The notes: generated from the sequence alone by a model not told the origin. Counted from the stretch's first letter, positions 23,470-35,053 are shown. The stretch is DNA of 64,000 bases from Escherichia coli (GCF_011045215.1 NZ_CP049201.1); one strand, 5' to 3'. Numbers and translations: made by a program.

Positions 23470-23514
23470 TCACCTCATTCTGACAAGAGATTAAATCTTG
23501 TCAGAATGAGGTGA
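23470..23514 (+). other. Perfect 19-bp inverted repeat (7-nt loop) spanning the ycjD ribosome-binding site and start codon
   Basis: TCACCTCATTCTGACAAGA-GATTAAA-TCTTGTCAGAATGAGGTGA; no U-tract on either side. Confidence 0.8.
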
Positions 23515-23876
23515 TGGATAAAATAAAATCAAATGCGCGTGATTTAAGACGCAATCTCACTTTGCAGGAACGAAAGCTCTGGCGATATCTTCGCAGCCGA
23601 CGTTTTGGTGATTTCAAATTTCGTCGTCAACATCCAGTGGGGAGCTACATTCTCGATTTTGCTTGCTGCTCGGCGCGTGTAGTAGTTGAGCTGGATGGTG
23701 GGCAGCATGATTTGGCAGTTGCCTATGATACCAGGCGCACTAGCTGGCTTGAGTCGCAGGGCTGGACCGTGCTGCGTTTCTGGAATAACGAGATTGATTG
23801 TAATGAGGTGGCGGTGCTGGAGATTATTCTGCAGGAACTGAACCGCCTGTCACCCTCACCCCAACCCTCTCCCTGA
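23514..23876 (+). CDS. ycjD: DUF559 endonuclease-like protein
   Basis: ORF with ATG at 23514 (the ORF-track start at 23511 is a GTG); 120 aa; last codons lie inside a GC-rich repeat. Confidence 0.85.
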   Translation: MDKIKSNARDLRRNLTLQERKLWRYLRSRRFGDFKFRRQHPVGSYILDFACCSARVVVELDGGQHDLAVAYDTRRTSWLESQGWTVLRFWNNEIDCNEVAVLEIILQELNRLSPSPQPSP

Positions 23877-24135
23877 AAGGGCGAGGGGGCCGACCGAGCC
23901 GAATAGCTGTTGTGGTGAAAACATGGAGGCGGATGATGAAGAATATTCGGCAAGGTCTGAACCACCATTCACTCTTACCCCAGCCATCGCCCTGAAAGGG
24001 TTAGGGGGCTGTATAAGCCTGTTTGTTGCTGGGGTGACAATATTTGCACAATACGGTCCCCACGCCCCTCTGGGGAGAGGGTTAGGGTGAGGGGAATAGC
24101 GCCCACCCTGCCGCACCCTGCTCCGGTCGGACCTG
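23851..24135. repeat. Cluster of three GC-rich palindromic extragenic repeat copies (two direct, one inverted), REP-like, possibly box C family
   Basis: CCCTCACCCCAACCCTCTCCCTGAAAGGGCGAGGGGG, a second direct copy at about 23975-24015 and an inverted copy at about 24062-24098. Confidence 0.65.
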
Positions 24136-24258
24136 GCAACTATAGCCACCCACAGCCAGGTTGATTATAATAACCGTTTATCTGTTCGTACTGTTTACTA
24201 AAACGACGAATCGCCTGATTTTCAGGCACAACAAGCATCAACAATAAGGATTAAAGCT

Positions 24259-25047
24259 ATGGGTTTTCTTTCCGGTAAGCGCATTCTGGTAACCGGTGTT
24301 GCCAGCAAACTGTCCATCGCCTACGGTATCGCTCAGGCGATGCACCGCGAAGGAGCTGAACTGGCATTCACCTACCAGAACGACAAACTGAAAGGCCGCG
24401 TAGAAGAATTTGCCGCTCAATTGGGTTCTGACATCGTTCTGCAGTGCGATGTTGCCGAAGATGCCAGCATCGACACCATGTTCGCTGAACTGGGGAAAGT
24501 TTGGCCGAAGTTTGACGGTTTCGTACACTCTATTGGTTTTGCACCTGGCGATCAGCTGGATGGTGACTATGTTAACGCCGTTACTCGTGAAGGCTTCAAA
24601 ATTGCCCACGACATCAGCTCCTACAGCTTCGTTGCAATGGCAAAAGCTTGCCGCTCCATGCTGAATCCGGGTTCTGCCCTGCTGACCCTTTCCTACCTTG
24701 GCGCTGAGCGCGCTATCCCGAACTACAACGTTATGGGTCTGGCAAAAGCGTCTCTGGAAGCGAACGTGCGCTATATGGCGAACGCGATGGGTCCGGAAGG
24801 TGTGCGTGTTAACGCCATCTCTGCTGGTCCGATCCGTACTCTGGCGGCCTCCGGTATCAAAGACTTCCGCAAAATGCTGGCTCATTGCGAAGCCGTTACC
24901 CCGATTCGCCGTACCGTTACTATTGAAGATGTGGGTAACTCTGCGGCATTCCTGTGCTCCGATCTCTCTGTCGGTATCTCCGGTGAAGTGGTCCACGTGG
25001 ACGGCGGTTTCAGCATTGCTGCAATGAACGAACTCGAGCTGAAATAA
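24259..25047 (+). CDS. fabI: Enoyl-ACP reductase (NADH)
   Basis: 262-aa [42 protein letters not shown]. Confidence 0.97.
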   Translation: MGFLSGKRILVTGVASKLSIAYGIAQAMHREGAELAFTYQNDKLKGRVEEFAAQLGSDIVLQCDVAEDASIDTMFAELGKVWPKFDGFVHSIGFAPGDQLDGDYVNAVTREGFKIAHDISSYSFVAMAKACRSMLNPGSALLTLSYLGAERAIPNYNVMGLAKASLEANVRYMANAMGPEGVRVNAISAGPIRTLAASGIKDFRKMLAHCEAVTPIRRTVTIEDVGNSAAFLCSDLSVGISGEVVHVDGGFSIAAMNELELK

Positions 25048-25066
25048 TCGTTCTGTTGGTAAAGAT

Positions 25067-25095
25067 GGGCGGCGTTCTGCCGCCCGTTATCTCTG
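25067..25095 (+). terminator. Rho-independent terminator after fabI
   Basis: GGGCGGC-GTTCT-GCCGCCC followed by a T-rich tract. Confidence 0.7.
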
Positions 25096-25190
25096 TTATA
25101 TCTTTCTGATATTTGTTATCGCCGATCCGTCTTTCTCCCCTTCCCGCCTTGCGTCAGGATAACGATTTCCTTTACGACCAAGGAGCGCCC

Positions 25191-26318
25191 ATGGAACAAC
25201 GCCACATCACCGGCAAAAGCCACTGGTATCATGAAACGCAATCCAGTACTACGGAGTATGACGTTCTGCCTCTGGTCCCGGAAGCCGCAAAGGTCAGCGA
25301 TCCCTTTCTACTCGACGTGATCCTTGAAAAAGAAACGCTGGCCCCCTTCCTTTCATGGCTGGACCCTGCGCGTGTTCTTGCAGTGGATTTGTTCCCTGAC
25401 CAGCTTACCGTGACCCGTTCACAGACCTTCACCGCTTATGAACGCTTGTCGACGGCCCTGACGGTTGCTCAGGTTTGCGGCGTCCAGCGGTTATGTAACT
25501 ACTATTCGGCGCGACTTACGCCGCTCCCCGGGCCTGATTCCTCCAGGGAAAGTAATCATCGGTTGGCACAAATCACGCAATATGCCCGCCAACTGGCTAG
25601 CTCGCCTTCTATTATCGACAACCGATCGCGCCAGCATCTGAATGACGTCGGTCTTACTGCCTGGGACTGTGTAATCATTAACCAAATCATTGGTTTTATT
25701 GGCTTTCAGGCGCGGACAATTGCGACATTTCAGGCTTATCTCGGGCATCCGGTACGCTGGTTACCCGGGCTGGAGATACAAAACTACGCCGACGCGTCAC
25801 TGTTTGCTGATGAATCATTACGCTGGCGAAGCAGCTATGAGGTGGAAAAACTACCTGAAGAGCACACAAAAAGTTCAACTGCAGAACTTTGCCAACTGGC
25901 CGAAATACTCTCTCTCCACCCTATTTCACTTTCCCTTCTCGAAAAGTTATTAAACAGCACACGGGTCAATACACAGCCGGATAATCAGCTTGCGGCGTTG
26001 TTATGCGCGCGGATAAATGGCAGTCCTGCTTGTTTTGCCGCCTGTATGGATTCATCAAATGAATATAAAAAAATCAGCACCCTTCTGCGCAAGGGCGAAA
26101 ATGAAATTAACCAATGGGCTGACCGTCATTCTGTTGAGCGCGCTACCGTTCAGGCGATACAATGGCTGACCCGAGCACCCGATCGCTTTAGCGCCGCCCA
26201 GTTCAGCCCTTTACTCGAACACGAAAAATCATCAACGCAGATTATTAATCTGCTGGTATGGAGCGGGCTGTGTGGCTGGATAAATCGCTTAAAAATCGCG
26301 TTGGGTGAGACATATTAA
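25191..26318 (+). CDS. yciW: Uncharacterised YciW (carboxymuconolactone-decarboxylase-like)
   Basis: ORF trimmed to [14 protein letters not shown] start (375 aa) with AAGGAG RBS. Confidence 0.88.
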   Translation: MEQRHITGKSHWYHETQSSTTEYDVLPLVPEAAKVSDPFLLDVILEKETLAPFLSWLDPARVLAVDLFPDQLTVTRSQTFTAYERLSTALTVAQVCGVQRLCNYYSARLTPLPGPDSSRESNHRLAQITQYARQLASSPSIIDNRSRQHLNDVGLTAWDCVIINQIIGFIGFQARTIATFQAYLGHPVRWLPGLEIQNYADASLFADESLRWRSSYEVEKLPEEHTKSSTAELCQLAEILSLHPISLSLLEKLLNSTRVNTQPDNQLAALLCARINGSPACFAACMDSSNEYKKISTLLRKGENEINQWADRHSVERATVQAIQWLTRAPDRFSAAQFSPLLEHEKSSTQIINLLVWSGLCGWINRLKIALGETY

Positions 26319-26385
26319 CCTTGCCGCGTCAGACAGATTCGCGTAAAACTGTCAGCCGCTCTAATGGCCACCAAAATAGACAATT

Positions 26386-28320
26386 ATGTTTCAGGACAAC
26401 CCGCTGCTAGCGCAGCTTAAACAGCAACTGCATTCCCAGACGCCACGCGCTGAAGGGGTGGTAAAAGCCACAGAAAAAGGTTTTGGCTTCTTGGAAGTCG
26501 ACGCGCAAAAAAGTTATTTCATTCCGCCGCCGCAGATGAAAAAAGTCATGCATGGCGACCGAATTATCGCGGTGATCCACAGTGAAAAAGAACGTGAATC
26601 CGCAGAGCCAGAAGAACTGGTTGAACCGTTTCTGACTCGTTTCGTGGGTAAAGTTCAGGGCAAAAATGACCGTCTGGCCATCGTTCCTGATCATCCACTC
26701 TTAAAAGACGCCATTCCTTGCCGCGCAGCCCGTGGTCTGAACCACGAGTTTAAAGAAGGCGACTGGGCAGTTGCCGAAATGCGCCGTCATCCGCTGAAAG
26801 GCGATCGTTCTTTCTATGCTGAACTGACACAATACATCACTTTTGGTGACGACCACTTTGTACCGTGGTGGGTTACACTTGCGCGCCATAATCTGGAAAA
26901 AGAAGCACCAGACGGCGTCGCTACCGAAATGCTCGATGAAGGTCTGGTTCGTAAAGATCTGACCGCGCTGGATTTTGTCACCATCGACAGTGCCAGCACA
27001 GAAGATATGGATGACGCCCTTTTCGCTAAGGCGTTGCCGGATAACAAACTTCAGCTGATTGTGGCGATTGCCGATCCAACCGCGTGGATTGCTGAAGGCA
27101 GCAAGCTGGACAAAGCCGCGAAAATTCGCGCATTCACCAACTATCTGCCTGGCTTCAACATCCCTATGCTGCCTCGCGAGCTTTCTGACGATCTCTGCTC
27201 ACTGCGCGCCAATGAAGTCCGCCCGGTACTGGCATGCCGCATGACGCTCTCCGCTGATGGCACCATTGAAGATAATATCGAATTCTTTGCCGCCACCATC
27301 GAATCCAAAGCGAAGCTGGTGTATGACCAGGTTTCTGACTGGCTGGAGAATACCGGTGACTGGCAGCCTGAAAGTGAAGCAATTGCCGAACAAGTCCGTT
27401 TGCTAGCGCAAATTTGCCAACGACGCGGCGAGTGGCGTCATAACCACGCACTGGTGTTTAAAGATCGCCCGGATTACCGCTTTATTCTCGGTGAAAAAGG
27501 TGAAGTGCTGGATATCGTCGCCGAGCCTCGTCGCATTGCCAACCGTATCGTCGAAGAAGCGATGATCGCCGCTAATATTTGTGCGGCCCGCGTACTGCGC
27601 GATAAGCTCGGTTTTGGCATCTATAACGTGCATATGGGCTTTGATCCGGCGAATGCCGACGCGCTGGCAGCGTTGCTGAAAACGCACGGTCTGCATGTCG
27701 ATGCCGAAGAAGTGCTCACGCTGGACGGTTTCTGCAAACTGCGTCGTGAACTGGATGCGCAACCAACTGGTTTCCTCGACAGCCGCATTCGTCGCTTCCA
27801 GTCATTTGCTGAAATTAGCACTGAACCCGGTCCTCACTTTGGCCTCGGTCTGGAAGCATACGCCACCTGGACTTCGCCGATCCGTAAATATGGCGACATG
27901 ATCAACCACCGTCTGCTGAAAGCGGTTATCAAAGGCGAAACTGCGACGCGTCCACAGGATGAAATCACTGTGCAAATGGCCGAGCGTCGCCGTCTCAACC
28001 GGATGGCAGAACGTGATGTTGGTGACTGGTTATACGCACGCTTCCTGAAAGACAAAGCCGGGACCGACACCCGTTTCGCAGCGGAAATTGTCGATATCAG
28101 CCGTGGCGGCATGCGTGTTCGTTTGGTTGATAACGGCGCTATCACCTTTATTCCGGTACCTTTCTTACACGCTGTGCGCGATGAAATGGTTTGCAGCCAG
28201 GAAAACGGCACCGTACAAATTAAAGGTGAAACGGTTTACAAAGTAACTGACGTTATTGACGTCACCATTGCCGAAGTCCGCATGGAAACCCGCAGCATTA
28301 TTGCGCGCCCGGCCGCGTAA
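26386..28320 (+). CDS. rnb: Exoribonuclease II
   Basis: 644-aa [18 protein letters not shown]; RNB-domain sequence. Confidence 0.96.
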   Translation: MFQDNPLLAQLKQQLHSQTPRAEGVVKATEKGFGFLEVDAQKSYFIPPPQMKKVMHGDRIIAVIHSEKERESAEPEELVEPFLTRFVGKVQGKNDRLAIVPDHPLLKDAIPCRAARGLNHEFKEGDWAVAEMRRHPLKGDRSFYAELTQYITFGDDHFVPWWVTLARHNLEKEAPDGVATEMLDEGLVRKDLTALDFVTIDSASTEDMDDALFAKALPDNKLQLIVAIADPTAWIAEGSKLDKAAKIRAFTNYLPGFNIPMLPRELSDDLCSLRANEVRPVLACRMTLSADGTIEDNIEFFAATIESKAKLVYDQVSDWLENTGDWQPESEAIAEQVRLLAQICQRRGEWRHNHALVFKDRPDYRFILGEKGEVLDIVAEPRRIANRIVEEAMIAANICAARVLRDKLGFGIYNVHMGFDPANADALAALLKTHGLHVDAEEVLTLDGFCKLRRELDAQPTGFLDSRIRRFQSFAEISTEPGPHFGLGLEAYATWTSPIRKYGDMINHRLLKAVIKGETATRPQDEITVQMAERRRLNRMAERDVGDWLYARFLKDKAGTDTRFAAEIVDISRGGMRVRLVDNGAITFIPVPFLHAVRDEMVCSQENGTVQIKGETVYKVTDVIDVTIAEVRMETRSIIARPAA

Positions 28321-28330
28321 TCTCCTTTCA

Positions 28331-28362
28331 CGGCCCATTCCTCATGGATGGGCCGTTTATTT
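28331..28362 (+). terminator. Rho-independent terminator after rnb
   Basis: CGGCCCAT-loop-ATGGGCCG followed by TTTATTT. Confidence 0.75.
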
Positions 28363-28555
28363 CCCCGCTCTACCTTCGTTATATCCAGGCAGATTTTTTA
28401 ACTGACTTTCGTTTGAAAACTGGCGTTTTTCCAAAACTGGATTACAAATAAATATATAAAAAAAACAATGCGTTTAGCCGCCGTTAATTTCATGTAAGTC
28501 ATGTTGTTCCTTTTATTTAACCGCGGACTCCGCAGTTAACCGGAGGATATGCATC

Positions 28556-30541
28556 ATGAAAACCGTTAGGGAGTCCACAACGTTGTACAACTTTCTCGGA
28601 TCGCACAATCCATACTGGCGGTTGACGGAAAGCAGCGATGTTTTGCGCTTTTCTACCACCGAAACCACAGAACCTGATCGTACTTTGCAGTTATCTGCCG
28701 AACAGGCTGCTCGCATCAGGGAAATGACGGTCATAACCTCCAGCCTGATGATGAGTCTGACCGTCGATGAGAGCGATCTTTCTGTGCATCTGGTAGGACG
28801 AAAAATCAATAAACGGGAATGGGCTGGCAACGCGTCTGCATGGCATGACACACCGGCAGTTGCTCGTGATTTATCACACGGGCTTTCCTTTGCTGAGCAG
28901 GTAGTTTCTGAAGCACATTCCGCAATAGTGATTCTCGACAGCCGGGGGAATATCCAACGCTTCAATCGGTTATGTGAAGATTACACAGGGTTGAACGAAC
29001 ACGACGTCATTGGCCAAAGCGTGTTTAAACTGTTTATGAGCCGTCGTGAAGCTGCGGCATCCAGGCGCAATAACCGTGTATTTTTTCGAAGCGGCAATGC
29101 ATATGAAGTCGAACTGTGGATACCAACACGTAAAGGCCAGCGGCTGTTTCTGTTTCGCAATAAATTTGTCCACAGCGGCAGTGGCAAAAACGAGATTTTT
29201 TTAATCTGTTCCGGCACCGACATTACCGAAGAGCGCCGCGCTCAGGAGCGACTGCGTATTCTGGCAAATACCGACAGTATCACCGGACTGCCGAATCGTA
29301 ACGCAATGCAGGAGTTAATCGATCACGCTATTAATCAGGCAGATAACAATAAAGTTGGGGTTGTGTATCTTGATTTGGATAATTTTAAAAAGGTCAACGA
29401 CGCCTATGGGCATTTATTTGGTGACCAGTTATTACGCGACGTGTCATTGGCCATTTTAAGCTGTCTCGAACATGACCAGGTTTTGGCGCGTCCGGGTGGC
29501 GATGAGTTTCTGGTACTGGCATCCAATACCTCACAAGGCGCGCTGGAAGCAATGGCATCACGAATTTTGACCCGCTTACGCCTCCCCTTTCGTATTGGTT
29601 TAATTGAAGTTTATACCAGCTGTTCAGTGGGTATTTCACTCTCTCCCGAACATGGTTCGGACAGCGCGGCTATTATTCGTCACGCCGACACAGCAATGTA
29701 CACAGCGAAGGAAGGCGGACGAGGACAATTTTGCGTTTTTACTCCAGAAATGAATCAGCGAGTATTTGAATATCTCTGGCTGGATACCAACTTGCGTAAA
29801 GCACTGGAAAACGATCAGTTGGTTATTCACTATCAACCGAAAATCACCTGGCGTGGCGAAGTGCGCAGTCTGGAAGCACTAGTACGTTGGCAGTCACCTG
29901 AACGTGGGTTGATTCCACCGTTGGACTTCATTTCCTACGCAGAAGAGTCAGGGCTAATTGTGCCTTTAGGCCGTTGGGTGATTCTCGATGTCGTACGCCA
30001 GGTGGCGAAGTGGCGGGATAAAGGCATTAACCTGCGAGTGGCGGTAAACATTTCTGCACGTCAGCTCGCCGATCAAACCATTTTCACCGCCCTGAAACAG
30101 GTTCTCCAGGAACTCAATTTTGAATACTGCCCTATTGATGTTGAATTGACAGAGAGTTGTCTGATTGAGAATGATGAACTGGCACTGTCTGTTATTCAAC
30201 AATTTAGCCAACTAGGTGCGCAAGTGCATCTGGATGATTTTGGTACCGGCTACTCTTCACTTTCGCAACTGGCGCGCTTTCCGATCGATGCCATCAAACT
30301 TGACCAGGTTTTTGTTCGAGATATTCACAAACAACCTGTCTCGCAGTCACTGGTCCGGGCGATCGTCGCTGTGGCCCAGGCATTGAATCTTCAGGTGATC
30401 GCCGAAGGTGTAGAGAGTGCAAAGGAAGATGCTTTTTTAACCAAGAACGGGATCAATGAGCGGCAAGGATTTTTGTTTGCCAAACCGATGCCCGCCGTCG
30501 CCTTCGAACGCTGGTATAAACGCTATCTGAAGCGCGCATAA
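28556..30541 (+). CDS. pdeR: c-di-GMP phosphodiesterase with PAS-GGDEF-EAL domains
   Basis: 661-aa ORF; degenerate GGDEF and an EAL region; matches YciR/Gmr. Confidence 0.93.
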   Translation: MKTVRESTTLYNFLGSHNPYWRLTESSDVLRFSTTETTEPDRTLQLSAEQAARIREMTVITSSLMMSLTVDESDLSVHLVGRKINKREWAGNASAWHDTPAVARDLSHGLSFAEQVVSEAHSAIVILDSRGNIQRFNRLCEDYTGLNEHDVIGQSVFKLFMSRREAAASRRNNRVFFRSGNAYEVELWIPTRKGQRLFLFRNKFVHSGSGKNEIFLICSGTDITEERRAQERLRILANTDSITGLPNRNAMQELIDHAINQADNNKVGVVYLDLDNFKKVNDAYGHLFGDQLLRDVSLAILSCLEHDQVLARPGGDEFLVLASNTSQGALEAMASRILTRLRLPFRIGLIEVYTSCSVGISLSPEHGSDSAAIIRHADTAMYTAKEGGRGQFCVFTPEMNQRVFEYLWLDTNLRKALENDQLVIHYQPKITWRGEVRSLEALVRWQSPERGLIPPLDFISYAEESGLIVPLGRWVILDVVRQVAKWRDKGINLRVAVNISARQLADQTIFTALKQVLQELNFEYCPIDVELTESCLIENDELALSVIQQFSQLGAQVHLDDFGTGYSSLSQLARFPIDAIKLDQVFVRDIHKQPVSQSLVRAIVAVAQALNLQVIAEGVESAKEDAFLTKNGINERQGFLFAKPMPAVAFERWYKRYLKRA

Positions 30542-30688
30542 GTAGATGAATATATATACTTAGCGCTATATTCCGTCATTATATATCGTATTCCCGGATG
30601 ATAATTAGCCGTTGCTGTTAAACACTTCTCTTTTAGCGGCAATTTTTGCATTATTCATTTTCCCCCTTTTGCTATAAGGATGTCCTTG

Positions 30689-30862
30689 ATGTCTGAATTT
30701 GATGCCCAGCGCGTTGCCGAACGTATTGATATTGTGTTAGATATCCTTGTGGCAGGCGATTACCACTCTGCGATCCATAATCTCGAGATACTTAAAGCAG
30801 AACTCTTGCGCCAGGTTGCTGAATCTACGCCAGACATCCCGAAGGCACCGTGGGAGATTTAA
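30689..30862 (+). CDS. yciZ: Small UPF0509 protein
   Basis: Trimmed to [12 protein letters not shown] start (57 aa), AGGA RBS 8 nt upstream. Confidence 0.85.
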
Positions 30863-30950
30863 CAATCGTGCCTTCAGGTTTTCCTATTTGAGGATGCCCG
30901 GCGCGTCAGTATTTTTTATTTAGTATTATAACGTTATAAGAATTACAGCG

Positions 30951-31700
30951 ATGAATTCCCGACAACAAACTATTCTACAGATGGTCATTGACCAGGGTCA
31001 GGTTAGCGTAACCGATCTGGCAAAAGCCACTGGAGTTTCTGAAGTTACCATTCGCCAGGATCTCAACACCCTCGAAAAACTGAGTTACCTCCGCCGTGCA
31101 CATGGCTTTGCGGTTTCGCTTGATAGTGATGACGTCGAAACCCGTATGATGAGCAACTATACGCTGAAGCGTGAACTCGCCGAGTTTGCCGCGTCGCTGG
31201 TTCAACCGGGCGAAACCATCTTTATCGAAAATGGCAGCAGCAATGCCCTGCTCGCCCGGACTCTGGGCGAGCAGAAGAAAAATGTCACTATCATCACGGT
31301 CAGCAGCTACATCGCGCATTTGCTGAAAGACGCGCCTTGTGAAGTTATTTTGCTCGGTGGCGTGTACCAGAAAAAAAGCGAAAGTATGGTTGGCCCTTTG
31401 ACACGCCAGTGCATCCAACAGGTGCATTTCAGCAAAGCATTTATTGGTATTGATGGCTGGCAACCTGAAACTGGATTTACCGGTCGCGATATGATGCGTA
31501 CCGATGTGGTCAATGCCGTGCTGGAAAAAGAGTGCGAAGCGATAGTCCTGACTGACAGCTCGAAATTTGGTGCTGTACATTCATACTCCATCGGTCCCGT
31601 TGAGCGATTCAATCGCGTGATTACCGATTCGAAAATACGCGCCAGCGATCTGATGCATCTTGAGCACAGTAAACTCACCGTTCACGTCGTTGACATTTAA
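30951..31700 (+). CDS. yciT: DeoR-family transcriptional regulator
   Basis: 249-aa ORF with N-terminal HTH and DeoR C-terminal sugar-binding domain. Confidence 0.92.
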   Translation: MNSRQQTILQMVIDQGQVSVTDLAKATGVSEVTIRQDLNTLEKLSYLRRAHGFAVSLDSDDVETRMMSNYTLKRELAEFAASLVQPGETIFIENGSSNALLARTLGEQKKNVTIITVSSYIAHLLKDAPCEVILLGGVYQKKSESMVGPLTRQCIQQVHFSKAFIGIDGWQPETGFTGRDMMRTDVVNAVLEKECEAIVLTDSSKFGAVHSYSIGPVERFNRVITDSKIRASDLMHLEHSKLTVHVVDI

Positions 31701-31968
31701 CCATTTCCCTTCTCTACGGATGATTTGCAGTTTGGCAAATCATCCGCTCTAAGATGATTCCTGGTTGATAATTAAGACTATTTACCTGTTATTAACACTC
31801 TCAAGATATAAAATTATTATCAGCGATATAACAGGAAGTCATTATCACCTGCGTGATATAACCCTGCGCGCGAGCGGATTTCACGGAATAATTTCACCAG
31901 GCTTATTCTTAGCTATTATAGTTATAGAGAGCTTACTTCCGTGAATCATAAATTCAGGAGAGAGTATT

Positions 31969-32187
31969 ATGTTTGTAACGAGCAAAAAAATGACCGCGGC
32001 TGTTCTGGCAATTACCCTGGCAATGTCTCTGAGTGCCTGTTCTAACTGGTCTAAACGGGACCGCAACACCGCAATCGGCGCGGGTGCAGGGGCATTAGGC
32101 GGTGCAGTACTGACCGATGGCAGTACGTTGGGTACATTAGGTGGCGCAGCTGTCGGTGGTGTTATTGGTCACCAGGTCGGTAAATAA
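31969..32187 (+). CDS. osmB: Osmotically inducible lipoprotein B
   Basis: 72-aa ORF with lipobox (LSAC) and Gly-rich body. Confidence 0.95.
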   Translation: MFVTSKKMTAAVLAITLAMSLSACSNWSKRDRNTAIGAGAGALGGAVLTDGSTLGTLGGAAVGGVIGHQVGK

Positions 32188-32284
32188 TCGTAAATAAATG
32201 TCGATTATCGACTCGTAATTATAATACGCTTGATTCTGTTCAGTACGAAATAACTGAATAATACACACAGTAAAATATTCGAAA

Positions 32285-32310
32285 GCCACGGATATATCCG
32301 TGGCTTTTTA
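32285..32310. terminator. Bidirectional terminator between convergent osmB and yciH
   Basis: GCCACGGATATATCCGTGGC palindrome followed by TTTTTA. Confidence 0.75.
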
Positions 32311-32312
32311 TG

Positions 32313-32639
32313 TTAACCGCCTGCGAGTTTTACCTTCATCCCTTTCGCTTCAAGTAGTGATTTTAATAAATCACGCTTATCGCCCTGGATTTCAATAACT
32401 CCATCTTTAACTGCTCCGCCGCAGCCGCATTTTTTCTTCAGTTCCGCTGCAAGTTTTGTCAGTTCGGCATCATCGAGATCGATACCGGTAATCAGGCAAA
32501 CGCCCTTACCTTTACGTCCACTGGTCTGACGCTGAATACGCACCACACCATCGCCTTTAGGGCGTACTGGGGCCGCTTTGGGCTCATCAATACGCCCGGT
32601 TTCTGTCGAGTAGACCAGACGGCTGTTGGAATCACTCAT
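32313..32639 (-). CDS. yciH: SUI1-family translation initiation factor-like protein
   Basis: 108-aa [13 protein letters not shown]; start overlaps pyrF stop. Confidence 0.92.
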   Translation of the reverse strand: MSDSNSRLVYSTETGRIDEPKAAPVRPKGDGVVRIQRQTSGRKGKGVCLITGIDLDDAELTKLAAELKKKCGCGGAVKDGVIEIQGDKRDLLKSLLEAKGMKVKLAGG

Positions 32640-33376
32640 CATGCACTCCGCTGTAAAGAGGCGTTGATCGCTTTCAGTGTTTGCGCTGGATCTACCGATT
32701 GCGTTACCGGGCGACCAATCACCATATAATCAACACCAGCCGCCAACGCCTGTTCTGGCGTCATAATGCGGCGCTGGTCACCTGCTTCACTCCCCTGCGG
32801 ACGAATGCCCGGTGTAACCAGTTTGAACTCCTGACCGAATACCTGTTTAAAGCGCACAGCTTCCTGAGCAGAACACACCACACCATCAAGGCCACATTTT
32901 TGCGTCAGTGCCGCCAGACGTTCTGCATAATCTGCAGGTGACAGTGTCACGCCAAGATCGGCCAGGTCGCTGGCTTCCATGCTGGTCAACACTGTCACAG
33001 CAATCAAAAGCGGTGCATCTTTGCCATACGGAACCAGTGCCTCACGCGCTGCGGTCATCATACGCGCCCCACCAGAGGCATGAACATTCACCATCCACAC
33101 GCCTAAGTCAGCTGCAGCAGCGACAGCGTGCGCTGCAGTGTTAGGGATATCGTGGAATTTCAGGTCAAGAAAGATATCAAAACCACGCTGTTGAAGTTCG
33201 CGCACAAACTGTGGCCCAAACAATGTAAACATCTCTTTGCCGACCTTCAGACGACAATCGCGTGGGTCGATCTTGTCGACAAAGGCCAGCGCGGCATCAC
33301 GATTATGATAATCAAGGGCAACAACCACAGGAGAATTCGTAACAGCGCGGGAAGAAGATGAAGCAGTTAACGTCAT
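32639..33376 (-). CDS. pyrF: Orotidine-5'-phosphate decarboxylase
   Basis: ORF trimmed to [12 protein letters not shown] start (245 aa). Confidence 0.95.
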   Translation of the reverse strand: MTLTASSSSRAVTNSPVVVALDYHNRDAALAFVDKIDPRDCRLKVGKEMFTLFGPQFVRELQQRGFDIFLDLKFHDIPNTAAHAVAAAADLGVWMVNVHASGGARMMTAAREALVPYGKDAPLLIAVTVLTSMEASDLADLGVTLSPADYAERLAALTQKCGLDGVVCSAQEAVRFKQVFGQEFKLVTPGIRPQGSEAGDQRRIMTPEQALAAGVDYMVIGRPVTQSVDPAQTLKAINASLQRSA

Positions 33377-33568
33377 GACCAGACCTTCTTGATGATGGGC
33401 ACCGGAAGTGGCGCGAAACAGGTAAACGGCGAGCATTCTACCCGTGGAAATAAAAAATTAACAGTTGCGATTTCTCCCCTGGCAGGCTTTTTCTGCGCTG
33501 TCGTTGCCGGAGCACAATGGGACATCAATAACTAGTATGTTGTAACTAAAGTCGGTTTTTTTAAAAAA

Positions 33569-34738
33569 TTACAGGCCATCAAGACCGCGAATCGGTTTAA
33601 TAGTTGACCAGGCACGACAAGACGGACAATGCCAGTAGAGGGTGTATGCGGTAAAACCACATTTCTGGCAGCGATAACGAGGCTTACTACGTACCTTCTC
33701 GCCAACCATGTCACGCAGCACCATCAGGCTCTCTTTGGCACGCCCTTCTTCCGCTTCATTTAAGTGGTAATCCATTAACTTATGGAACACACGCATGGTC
33801 GGATGACGCTGAAGCTGGCGCGTAATATAGACCTGTGCGGCCTCACTACCGTCGCGCGCTTCGATGATATCAGCAAGCATCAATTCAGCATCGGCACCGG
33901 TGTTCTCTTCCACCGCGCGTTGCAGGAATTCTGCCCATTCGGCAGTTTTACCCAACTGCTGATAGCAGGTTTGCAGCATTTCCAGCGTTTCGCTGACCAG
34001 TTCTCTGTCCTGGGATATCACGCGTTGCAAACTTTCGACGGCTTTGGCGTATTCTCCTTTCGCCATAAACACGCGTCCCATCATGATGGATACGCGGGCG
34101 CTGTTTTTATCTGCCGCCGCCCCTTTTTTTAGCAAGGTCATGGCACGATCGAGATCGTCGCTGGCCATATGCTGCAGGGCTAACTCACAGTAGAAATGGG
34201 CAATTTCGACGCGCTGTTTATCTTTACCCAGCTTCACCAGGCGTTCGGCAACATCAATTGCTTTCTGCCACTCACTGGTAGCCTGGTAGATTTGTAGCAA
34301 CTGTTGCAGCGCGCCAATGCGGAAGTCAGTTTCATCGGTCAGCTGATTGAACATGTCTTCCGCGCGGTCATATAACCCGGCGGCCATGTAATCACGCCCC
34401 AGTTGTTGAATCGCCAACAGACGCTGTTCATAGGTCAGCGAGGCGCTTTCCATTAGGGTCTGATGGATGCGAATAGCGCGATCAACTTCGCCACGCGAAC
34501 GGAACAGGTTTCCGAGCGTAAGGTGGGCTTCAACGGTGCCTGTATCCTCTTTAAGCATATCGAGAAACAGGTCTACCGCTTTATCCTGTTGATTACTAAG
34601 CAGGAAGTTAACCCCCGCTACGTAATCACGCGACAAGCGGTTGGCTTCATCTTGCTTGTTTTGTTGCGCACTTCTGCGGCCCATATACCAGCCATAGGCA
34701 GCGGCTACAGGCAAAAGCAGAAACAACAACTCCAGCAT
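33569..34738 (-). CDS. lapB: LPS assembly regulator LapB (TPR plus rubredoxin-like zinc finger)
   Basis: 389-aa ORF with N-terminal TM, TPR repeats and C-terminal CxxC...CxxC. Confidence 0.93.
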   Translation of the reverse strand: MLELLFLLLPVAAAYGWYMGRRSAQQNKQDEANRLSRDYVAGVNFLLSNQQDKAVDLFLDMLKEDTGTVEAHLTLGNLFRSRGEVDRAIRIHQTLMESASLTYEQRLLAIQQLGRDYMAAGLYDRAEDMFNQLTDETDFRIGALQQLLQIYQATSEWQKAIDVAERLVKLGKDKQRVEIAHFYCELALQHMASDDLDRAMTLLKKGAAADKNSARVSIMMGRVFMAKGEYAKAVESLQRVISQDRELVSETLEMLQTCYQQLGKTAEWAEFLQRAVEENTGADAELMLADIIEARDGSEAAQVYITRQLQRHPTMRVFHKLMDYHLNEAEEGRAKESLMVLRDMVGEKVRSKPRYRCQKCGFTAYTLYWHCPSCRAWSTIKPIRGLDGL

Positions 34739-34744
34739 AGAAAG

Positions 34745-35053
34745 TTATTCCTTCGCCGCTGACGAGTGCTGCACTACAGCCACGTCAGTCGCGGGTGAAA
34801 GCTGGTTTTCCAGTCGCTTTATTTTACGTTCAGCGCGCACCAGGGAAACACGAACTCGCAGCCAGAACAGGCCACAAATCAACCAACCGATAGCAAAACC
34901 CGCAGCAAACAATACCGCCAGCAATGTGGAAATACGGTACTCCCCTTGCGCTAACAGATAATTAAACGTCACCTGTTGATCGTTCTGCGCACCCAACGTG
35001 ACCGAAATCACAAAGATCGCTAACACCAGTAAGAAAATGAGTAAATATTTCAC
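34745..35053 (-). CDS. lapA: LPS assembly protein LapA
   Basis: 102-aa two-TM ORF immediately upstream of lapB. Confidence 0.92.
   Translation of the reverse strand: MKYLLIFLLVLAIFVISVTLGAQNDQQVTFNYLLAQGEYRISTLLAVLFAAGFAIGWLICGLFWLRVRVSLVRAERKIKRLENQLSPATDVAVVQHSSAAKE

Noticed and set aside
23851-24135. Possibility that the GC-rich repeat cluster is a CRISPR array
   Set aside because: Only three copies, in mixed orientation, imperfectly conserved, with irregular spacing and no cas genes nearby; it fits an extragenic palindromic repeat family.
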